Positions 20,034-28,477 of a DNA stretch of 64,000 bases are shown here, piece after piece (the first letter of the stretch is position 1; each line of letters begins with the position of its first letter). The translations under genes were made by a program, and so were the position numbers. This stretch comes from a virus. The notes under the pieces were generated by a model. That model did no database searches. It was not told where the DNA came from and saw only the letters and a list, made by a program, of their open reading frames with translations. The stretch is taken from IMG/VR virus record IMGVR_UViG_3300044675_005263, positions 32,001 to 96,000 of that record, one strand, 5' to 3'.

Positions 20034-21212
20034 TGTTCTCCTCGTGTTCTATTACAGATTGAGTTATCTCTAACCCAAGAGCCTGAATCTCTTTTCCCAA
20101 ATCGTCAATCGCTTCATCTATGTTTTGACGAACATCAAAGTAATCCCATGGATTTTCGTCAGTCTTTGGTGAGCGAATGTATTGCAAATCAACTGCACAT
20201 GAGACAGCAATGTTGATTACCTTGATTGCGTTCTCATCACCAGCCAAATACTTTTCTGCTAGTTCTTGATACATGTTTTCCCTTTCGTCATTTGTAGTTT
20301 TATTATAGCGATTTACAATCGCTTATTCAACTTCCACCACTCGGAAGTTTTCATCTTCCAAGATAGAAACGCTGAAGTCCAAGTCAATCCCTCTATTGCG
20401 CTCCCCAACTTCAGGGAGGTCGTTGATGTTGATTTCATCATCCATTACTTGCTTTAGAAGAGCCTTTGCCTCTTCATCATTCTTTGCCTCAAACCAAACT
20501 TGGTTCATTGAGATTTCGTTGAATCTAAACGAGTATTGCATTTTTTCCCTTTCGTCATTTGTGGTGTTGGGGAACGAGTTTTTGTTCCTAGGACTTCAAC
20601 CCTATTCAGCATCAGCAAATAGAATCTGCCCCAACAAGCCAAACTTATCATACCTTTCTAGATAAGTGCAACAACACGCCAGAAAGTTTTTGACACTAGA
20701 CATCTTGGTAAATGAAATTGTTTTTTCCCGGCGACCTGGTCCCTCCACACTGGCAACAGCGAATTATTATTTCCGGGTCCAGGGCCTGGCCGCCGACGCT
20801 GTCGCTAAATTATATTTTCCGGGGTGTCATCATTTGCTGCATCAACGATTCTTGTGCGTGCAACTGCAACATCATAAAGTTCGTTGTACTTGACCAAGTT
20901 GTAGATGTCCTCGCAGAACATCTCGGCGGCAGCAATCTGGAGTTCGTCATCCGTCATTGTTATTTCCGGGTCTGTCTGAAGCTGGTCGAGATCGAACTCG
21001 AGTTCTATTTTCGTAACTAACTTTCTTGTCATCCGTTACTCCTCACACTCGCAGAGATGTCCACAGGTATAGCAGACCCACGCCGTTGTCAGGTGGGTGT
21101 AGTACCCATATCGTCTCTCGCCGTGAAATCCTTCAGAGTAGGCGTACCAACGCCCGTCATCTTCCTGAAAGGTGGCTCCGTCTATCTCTCGAGTCTTTTC
21201 TAATGAAATCAT
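20026..21212 (-). CDS. small acidic early genes (20026-20274, 20323-20541, 20805-21032, 21036-21212)
   Basis: ORFs with conserved leaders; last has C-terminal CxxC..CxC. Confidence 0.65.
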
Positions 21213-21301
21213 TTTTTACTCCGTTTCTATTAAAGATACGGCGCACCCTTGCCGTGTCACTGCACGAACTTAAAGGGCACGCCGTAATATCTATTTGTTT
21301 T

Positions 21302-21745
21302 TTAAATTGCTTCTTCCAAACTGAAAGGTGCGCTCGCCGTCAAGCCCGTTGCGTTGCGGTAGAGCCGTGCCCCTTCTTGCCAGTCAGCCCACGAGCCGTC
21401 CGAGCCGATGCTCACCAAACTTCCGTATACCTGCTTGAGGTGAATGAGGCAAGCCGTTACTACAGCGTCGTATGGTTTGTATGCCGTCTTTGTAAACCCG
21501 AAGCCCGATGAGTTGATAGACCAGTCAAAGGTCTCGTGTGAGTCTGGACCGTAGCCGTTGAAGCGGACACTTTCTTTTGTGCATTCCCACTGGCCGAGAT
21601 GGTCGCCCATTGCATCGGCAAGTTGAATCTTTTCCACGTTGGTGGCGTATTCAATAATGGTCCGAGCCCCGTTCATAAACATTTCAAATCTCAAAGCATC
21701 TTCTGGTGAGGTGCCTGTTTTTGTGTAGTAGTGCGTGTATCCCAC
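21302..21745 (-). CDS. conserved phage protein (MGYTHY family), first early gene
   Basis: GTG-GYTHYY, HETF, F.KTA.KPYD.VV.A.L, SDG; RBS GACGAAGGG. Confidence 0.75.
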   Translation of the reverse strand: MGYTHYYTKTGTSPEDALRFEMFMNGARTIIEYATNVEKIQLADAMGDHLGQWECTKESVRFNGYGPDSHETFDWSINSSGFGFTKTAYKPYDAVVTACLIHLKQVYGSLVSIGSDGSWADWQEGARLYRNATGLTASAPFSLEEAI

Positions 21746-21791
21746 GGTGTTCCCTTCGTCATTTAGCAGAGTGATTTCTGCTGCAGGATTT

Positions 21792-21821
21792 ATCATAGAG
21801 GGTCGTTTCTTTCTGTGTCAA
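21792..21821 (-). promoter_or_regulatory. near-consensus sigma70 promoter heading the early region
   Basis: TTGACA-18bp-TATGAT. Confidence 0.75.
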
Positions 21822-21873
21822 GTATTGATGAGAAGTATTTCTAGAGTCGACCTATATCCAAAACGGGCAAAAC

Positions 21874-22928
21874 AAATTGTTACTTCCGGGAGGAGGCGGC
21901 CATCCTGGATCCGTCTTCTTGAAGTTGTTTGTTCCGGGCTTGATGCACTGCAGCTGCGGGCTCTAACGTCACATTATATTTTCCGGGCTCCTGGATCCGA
22001 GCTCGGTCCCTCGGTTTTAAAGTTGAGTCGACATGACTCAAGTTTGCAGTACTTGCATTAATCCATCGATGAGATCTGAAGTGCAGCGCAGCTGTGATCC
22101 GCTGTCAAGTTGTTATTTCCGGGTACCGTATGTCCGCTTTGCGAGCACTTGCTCGCAAAGTCTAATCACCCTGTCAAGTGCTTGTCAAGCTACACGCACC
22201 GTTAAGTTATTTGTTCCAGGCATCGAGCTACAAGCTGCGTCCCATAACTCACACCGTTATATATTTGCGAGCGCTATACCCATGCCGCTCTTTGAATCCC
22301 AAGCCGTTTGCAAGCTGCAGCTGTAATCCCAAGCCGATGTTTTATTTTCCGGGCAAAATTCTTCGGGCCCGATCCGTCTTCACGTTTGTATTGTATTTTC
22401 CGGGACAGCTGGACCTGTTGGTCCCGTTGGTCCCGTTGGTCCTCGCCGCTGCGGGTTATATTATATTTTCCGGGCTTGATGCAAGCACGCCGCCTCCGCC
22501 TCCACCGCCGCCAGTGTATCTTGCCGCTGTCGTCAAATTATATTTTCCAGGCTGGAGGAGCTGCATCCCGGCCCTGGCAAATAGATTTGTTTTTTCCAGG
22601 TGATCCAGATCCATCCTGGCACGCCGCCGTGCTCAAGTCAAGTTATTAGTTCCGGGCATCGGATCTGCAGCTGCTGTTCCCATCTGAGTTGTTAGTTCCC
22701 GGACCAATCCGATCAATACGATCAATCCGATCAAAGTTCTCTATATAGAGTAATTTCTTATTTAGAATCTGGCCAGGTAACGAAGTTTAATCAAGTTAAT
22801 CCTATTGATCGGTTTGATCACGCTTAGTTGGATATCCGTCATCTATTCGATTCAGGCGTACAAGGTTAGAATTAAGTCTGTCCGTCAACTTCGGATCTGC
22901 AGCTAGCTACACCCGGAAGTAACAACTT
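21874..22928. repeat. non-coding array of ~13 copies of a 17-bp motif AARTTRTWWKTTCCNGG
   Basis: TTCC at 21884, 21932, 21981, 22117, 22214, 22347, 22398, 22468, 22545, 22594, 22650, 22696 and an inverted copy at 22912. Confidence 0.8.
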
Positions 22929-23085
22929 AGATAGATGGCGAGGAAGGCGAGGAAGGTTTTCAAAAAGCTCACCGTTATATATTCAGGCGTCCCTATCCCA
23001 CGCCGCTAGTTGAAACTTCAACTACTCGTGGGTAAATAACAATCTGCGATTCCCTTGCCGCTTGCCGCTTTGATACTTGACAACC

Positions 23086-23132
23086 GTTAATATAACTAAT
23101 ACGCTATCCGTTAGCGTATTGGTTATATTAAC
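23086..23132. repeat. 47-bp near-perfect inverted repeat
   Basis: GTTAATATAACTAATACGCTA-TCCGT-TAGCGTATTGGTTATATTAAC (1 mismatch). Confidence 0.9.
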
Positions 23133-23313
23133 TACAAGCGCACGCCGTTTCGGAAGTTAGAGTTGTTAGTTCCGTTAGGAGCTCTGCGGCAGCATTTGCT
23201 CTCGCCGTTACTCGGATGTGTTCTTCCCGTGTCTTGGCTAAATCAATATCCGCTTTCAAGCTCGCCGCTAGCTCTGCAGCTAGCTGCAACTGTAAGTTGT
23301 TATTTCCCGGCAT
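23128..23313 (-). CDS. small helical hypothetical protein
   Basis: overlaps end of TerS-like gene. Confidence 0.6.
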   Translation of the reverse strand: MPGNNNLQLQLAAELAASLKADIDLAKTREEHIRVTARANAAAELLTELTTLTSETACACS

Positions 23314-24238
23314 CTGGATCTGGCCCGTCTTCCTCTTTGGCTGCGGTTGTTATGTCATAGACATCCGATACCTCGGCGTCAATTATTTTTACCCCGTCGT
23401 TGGCTAAGTTGCTTGCCGTATGTGCAGCACCTGCCGCTAGCCGTTGCAAACGTTCAGCCACGATAACGTGAGCTGGCCGCTCCCCAGAAATATCAACTCC
23501 GATATCCAGCTCGGTCCCGCCTCGCACGCCAGCACGGTCAAGTAGTTCCGTTGCTGCTTTGAGCTGGACTGGTTCGGATACTGCGTTCTCCATCAGTTCC
23601 TCGAGCTTATCCACAGCGTAGCTTGCCGATTGCATAATCTTGATTCGTGCCCGTTCGACATCTGCGCCCGGCCGTCTGATGCCTTTAAGGTGGACACGAC
23701 ACAGACCGTCATCTTTAACACGACCTGAGCCCCACAACATACATCGGATGCCGTCTGACTTAATCTTGGTACAGCGATGAGGCATAGCCGCTGGCGCTCG
23801 CTTTGAGGATTTCGGGCCAGTCTCTTGTTCTGCTTGCCATGTTCGGGTGGCGCCGATAACCCAAGGTGGGCAAATCTTTATAGCATCGTCATCGAGGAGG
23901 AGCTCGAGGCCCGTCAGGAAATCCGAGTTATTATTTCCCGGATCTAACAATAACGGTTTCTTCTCGGCCAAGCTCATCAGCCGCCTTTCTTTGATGGCTT
24001 CTTGTGAGCGGGCGGCAATCAACCCTGTCGGGGCGCCTGACTGGTCATAGACCGAATCCCAGTTGAGCATCGCCTTTCGAAGGGCGGCTCGATTCTCATA
24101 AGTATCTTCTACAACTCCCTTTTCAACTTCGAGCATGCCAAGAGCCGAAAGGTCAGGGCGATAGTCGATGGGGGTATCTACAACTGGTGTTGTATCTTCC
24201 GGGCCATCTTCAGGATCGAAGGGGGAGATGTCTGTCAT
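23300..24238 (-). CDS. probable terminase small subunit
   Basis: RC.....G.RC.........LCRVH Zn-like segment followed by A..KL.EL.......V.L.AA.ELLDRAG helical motif typical of actinophage TerS. Confidence 0.55.
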   Translation of the reverse strand: MTDISPFDPEDGPEDTTPVVDTPIDYRPDLSALGMLEVEKGVVEDTYENRAALRKAMLNWDSVYDQSGAPTGLIAARSQEAIKERRLMSLAEKKPLLLDPGNNNSDFLTGLELLLDDDAIKICPPWVIGATRTWQAEQETGPKSSKRAPAAMPHRCTKIKSDGIRCMLWGSGRVKDDGLCRVHLKGIRRPGADVERARIKIMQSASYAVDKLEELMENAVSEPVQLKAATELLDRAGVRGGTELDIGVDISGERPAHVIVAERLQRLAAGAAHTASNLANDGVKIIDAEVSDVYDITTAAKEEDGPDPDAGK

Positions 24239-24421
24239 GGTTGGTTGCCTGTTAAGTCGAGGATTTGTTTGATGGCAAATTCCTCAGCGGCTTGTGCATC
24301 TGCCAAAGCTTTTGCTTGGGCTATCTCTGCTGGTGTTGGTTCTGTTGGTGTTGACATTTTTACCTCTCTATGATAAGGAAGCCCCTAGAGTTTTTACCCC
24401 TAGGGGACAACCTTTTTACCC

Positions 24422-24715
24422 CTACTTCTTTTTTGCTGGGGCTTTCTTCTTTGCGGCCGCAGCTGTGGAAATCTTCTTTGTTACTTCCGCCGTCGCTGTT
24501 TCAGCGATCAGTCCGAAGGCTGGGTCACTCTTCTTTGCGTATCTGATTACAACAGGAACTAAGGATGCCCAGAGAGCATTGGCTACAAGAAGCCATTCGC
24601 TTGAACCGAAGTTAGTTGGACTGCCTACTCCGCTTGTTTGGCTAACAATGGTGATTGCACCAATGATTTGACCAAGCAAGTTTCTTAAGTAGGAGTCGAT
24701 CATTGCTTTGTTCAT
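24422..24715 (-). CDS. putative holin
   Basis: two TM segments, SY.R, RY....DPAFG, basic C-tail. Confidence 0.65.
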   Translation of the reverse strand: MNKAMIDSYLRNLLGQIIGAITIVSQTSGVGSPTNFGSSEWLLVANALWASLVPVVIRYAKKSDPAFGLIAETATAEVTKKISTAAAAKKKAPAKKK

Positions 24716-24948
24716 GTATTACTCCATATCGTCAAACAGGGTGCTTGACATATGAACAATAGCACGATTAGGGGTAAAAAGATTTTTGCGCCCGTTGAGA
24801 GAGATACAAGGTGTTTTACCCTTTCATAAACAACACTTGGTTTGAGCGTGTTGAACTACGCACGGATTAGGGGTCTAATTACTGTTTCATCATAGAGGTT
24901 GTTGTACAGAAAGTTGTGTAAGTTGTTATATAAAAGTGCTTCTGAAAG

Positions 24949-25021
24949 CGCCCTCGGCAGGAGTCGAACCTGCGGCCAATCGGGTAGAAACCGAGTGCTC
25001 TATCCTCTGAGCTACGAAGGC
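24949..25021 (-). tRNA. tRNA-Arg(TCT), CCA not encoded
   Basis: cloverleaf: GCCTTCG/CGAGGGC acceptor, D-loop with A20, loop TTTCTAC, GGTTCGACTCC T-arm. Confidence 0.9.
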
Positions 25022-25129
25022 TAGTCTAAATCTTTCTTAGGGTGTTTGACTTTCCTATTATATTTCTTTTTGTTTTTGGTAGGGGTAGTTGCTGACGACC
25101 TACGCAGATCCATAAGTCGTCTAAGTTCC

Positions 25130-25369
25130 TCAGCTGTTTTGCTGAACCTGAACTTCATCTTGTCTCCAACCAATATAAGACTTCACATACACGACACCAT
25201 AAGCAATTGCAGCAATAATAAATCCATACTGCTTTGTTGTTAAAGCATAGACAATCCAAAGACATTCATTTAGAAAAAGGATTGGCCAACCCCAGATAGT
25301 CTTTCTGCCAACTAAGAATATTCCTGATACTCCTATGAGTGCCAGCAGATAAGACCAATACTCAGTCAT
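25130..25369 (-). CDS. short PnuC-like membrane protein
   Basis: WS..L..IG..G..L.GRK..WGW......LW..YA....QYGF. Confidence 0.65.
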   Translation of the reverse strand: MTEYWSYLLALIGVSGIFLVGRKTIWGWPILFLNECLWIVYALTTKQYGFIIAAIAYGVVYVKSYIGWRQDEVQVQQNS

Positions 25370-25474
25370 ACTTTGTTCTCCAGTTCTTACCATAGGCAAT
25401 ATAGCAACCAACTCGATTGAACCAATCAGCTGAGTCGTGAATAAACCAGAATGGCTTAGCTAATAACTTTCTCA

Positions 25475-26540
25475 TCAAATGTCTTCTACTACTTCATCGA
25501 GTTCAAACTCTTGACCTTCAACATAAGGCTTGTCATTGAAACCGTTTCTATCTGTTGCTAGTTCACCGTTTATTATATCTATAGCATGGCGTAGTCCAAG
25601 GGTGTAGAGAGTCTTGTCTTCATCACCATAAAGAGATTCCCAAAGGTTGATCTTGTCATTGAGTTGTCTTTGAATATCCATCTGGGCATCATCAATCGCC
25701 ACACCTAGGTGCGTTATGATTTTCATAGTTGCCTCTGTAGATATCTTACTTCCAGCCATCATAGAGTTAGTTACTTCTATAATTGGATTCGTAATATTGT
25801 CTTTAAGACTCATCAGACTTCCTCTCTACACTTTTGGCATAAAAATCTATCGTAGCCTTCCGAGGCTCCATCGAAAACTAACTTTCCAGTTTTGGTTAAG
25901 GGTACTGGATAAATCTGATGTTCGTCACCAGTAGCATCGCAACGGGCGCATGTTCGTTCGATCAACCACTCTGCAGTTGCTTTCTCTGGCATATTACGCA
26001 ATCCACGAATAAGTGCATGTAAAGCTCCACCACCCTCAGTTCGTCTAAGGAATGTTCGAGTATCACTTACAAGTAGAACAGGTAGAGGTGCTCTGCAAGC
26101 ACAACTCATTCCACCGTTAGGTTTACACAAGTAGCCGTCAGTTGGTCCTGACTTCCAAGGAATATCTTTTGGCTCAGCAGGTTTTTTGTGTTTGTTAATT
26201 GCGTGACCACAAATGCAGACTCTCCTATCTAGAGGTCCACCCTTTCGCTGTCTGTCATCAAACTCATCTACCTCATTAGGGTCAATACCCATCTGGGCTA
26301 GAAAATCATTGGGGCTACTCATAGATCGTCTCCCTCAGTTCTCAGTTGGTGGATGATTGAGGAAAACTTTTCTTCAGTCTCCATTTTCTCATGCATGTGC
26401 ATTAAGAACTCTTCCATCAACTTCATTTTCTTTCGTCGCTCCATAGCTCTAAATAAAAGCAAAGTTAGGTAGGTTGTCATAGAACAAACCCCACCCATAA
26501 CAGATCCCAATACAATTAAGTCCATCTGTGTCAATGTCAT
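25475..26540 (-). CDS. three hypothetical genes (25475-25813; Cys-rich Zn-binding 25813-26322; TM protein 26319-26540)
   Basis: coupled ORFs; CICGH, C.C, CARC, CQKC in the middle gene. Confidence 0.7.
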
Positions 26541-26744
26541 TCCGACTCCTCAACTAGTTCTAGAAAGGTTTTAAAAACTCCAACCAACTCTTTGACATCA
26601 TCTCTGAGCTTCTTACTTTCAGCCGTTAAATCTTTTATATCCTTTTGCATTCGCTTAATCTCTAACTCAACTCGAGTCAGTCGCTTTGCAATCTCTTCGT
26701 CTTTCGTCATTACTTCCTCACTTTCATCCTAGAGCCTATAGCAC

Positions 26745-27098
26745 CTGATAGTCCATAGTCAATACTAAAATCAACTAAAACCATCCTTTAACTACTTTAC
26801 TATACACTATATACTATACAAGGTATACCCTACTATCTTTTGTGGGACCCTCATGTGTACGCACATAGCGTAAGACTATTTATAGTACAGTATACATAGG
26901 ATAGTGTATACTAACCATAGTAATACTATTGAAGACAATTTAGTTTGACTTATTTTTTTAGAATAGTATCTTTTGAAATACAGACTTTCCTGCACTTTTA
27001 GGGATCCCCTTTTTATCATAGAAAAAACAGCTTTTTAGACCCTACTCAGGTTTATAGTAAGGTATACTCTTAAACTGTATAGTACATAGTAATATCTG
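26745..27098. other. AT-rich non-coding tract of TATAC/GTATA/ACTAT words
   Basis: no credible ORF; repeated TATAC and GTATAC palindromes. Confidence 0.55.
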
Positions 27099-27758
27099 TC
27101 AAACTTGGTAAACAGTCTCCTTATGGTGGAGAACCCTGACCAAGGGGTCAACCCAAATCTTATAGCCAGCTTTCTTGGCATTATTGCAGAAAGAATAGTC
27201 CTCCCCAACATTGGTGTCAAAAGTCATGTCGTCCCAGCGAACCCTATCGATCAAGAACCAAGGTCGCTTCATGTTCTCTAGAACCTCAGCCTTCATAGCC
27301 ACAAAGCCAAATCCTACCCCACCCACCTCAACTGGCTCATCATCTAGCATAAAGTCAGTCTTATTGACCTTCATAGGTCTTCCTAGAAAGTCAGGCTTAT
27401 TCACAGCCACAGTCCCATTAGGATGGGTCTGATAGAGCCCTGAAATAATATCTAGGGGTGACTCAAGCAGCTTCAGGAAATCACCCACCTCCCACTCAAT
27501 GTCTGAATCAATCCAGAAGATCTTTCCACAGGTGAATGCCCCGGAACCAATAACTCGAGTTTCCCAGTTATGCGAGTAGGTATCCGTTGCGGTTAGTTCT
27601 CTGGCACTAGGGACAAAGGATGAATACTTATTGAGCCAAATATAGGAGATTCCCTCACTATCTAATCTGGCACAGGTTTTTACTAACGCCCTGACATATT
27701 CAGCTTTCATTGAATGTCCGGGGGTTGCTATTGCTACATCATAATGTTGCACACTCAT
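27099..27758 (-). CDS. GT-A fold glycosyltransferase-like protein
   Basis: IFWIDSD (DxD), G.GFGF, GEDYSFC, H.K. Confidence 0.8.
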   Translation of the reverse strand: MSVQHYDVAIATPGHSMKAEYVRALVKTCARLDSEGISYIWLNKYSSFVPSARELTATDTYSHNWETRVIGSGAFTCGKIFWIDSDIEWEVGDFLKLLESPLDIISGLYQTHPNGTVAVNKPDFLGRPMKVNKTDFMLDDEPVEVGGVGFGFVAMKAEVLENMKRPWFLIDRVRWDDMTFDTNVGEDYSFCNNAKKAGYKIWVDPLVRVLHHKETVYQV

Positions 27759-28173
27759 AGAGCATAGTCTATAGCAAGATAGTAAAATAGTCGATATGGT
27801 CAATAGTCATCTTGTAGAGTGCAGTTGGGACGACTGTCCTTCCCACAGCACCTTTGACCCATCAGATGCAATTGTTTTAACTTGGCCTAGAGCCCTTCAA
27901 AAGGTAAGATATTTTCATTCAACAGAATGCTTATCAGGGTATGCAAAAACCTTTCCTAATAACTTCGTAACGAGTGGGGAACTAGATGTCTAGAATTGAT
28001 GACGCATTCGATGCCATAGAAGAACTTGGTTACTCGGTCTCATACATCTCCTGTGGCGAATGCGATGGAGATGACCTTCTAGTTGAGCTTCACAGTTGCC
28101 ATCTTAAAGAGGTAAACGTATTGTTCGACAGAGATGGATTGCATCCCACCACTGATCTAATTTAGGAGAGACT

Positions 28174-28398
28174 ATGTCTGATGTTGCTGTTTACTGGAGT
28201 AATTACGAACAACATAAAACAGAAATTGAATCAACTATCCGTCATAAGATTTATATTGCCATACAAGATGCAATTGAAGAAAGCAAATCTAAAGCACTTC
28301 CTGAACAATTTATTGCAGGGTTACAGTGTGCACAGGCGCTCACTTTAGATATGACATCTCATACTGTGGACAAGACCCAGCAACAAGAGCTTTTCTAG
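28174..28398 (+). CDS. hypothetical protein
   Basis: AGGAG RBS, 74 aa. Confidence 0.65.
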   Translation: MSDVAVYWSNYEQHKTEIESTIRHKIYIAIQDAIEESKSKALPEQFIAGLQCAQALTLDMTSHTVDKTQQQELF

Positions 28399-28477
28399 AC
28401 AAGATAGACTTAATCCCCTAGGGTAATCCAGTAGTTTTCTTTACCTTTATTTGTAACCCCTTTTATCGAATTGGAGC

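Noticed and set aside
22033-22649. ORFs 22033..22326, 22178..22603, 22308..22649
   Set aside because: no RBS, opposite to local gene orientation, and recurring YFPG simply translates the DNA motif
21874-22928. CRISPR or TIGR-like guide array
   Set aside because: repeats are only ~17 bp and degenerate, intervals irregular, intervening sequences share motifs with each other, and no cas, Nop-domain or RT gene is in the window
24949-25021. amber suppressor tRNA (CTA visible in the loop) or recoded genome
   Set aside because: 7-nt loop TTTCTAC centres on TCT with Arg identity A20; conserved genes end normally at TAG and TGA
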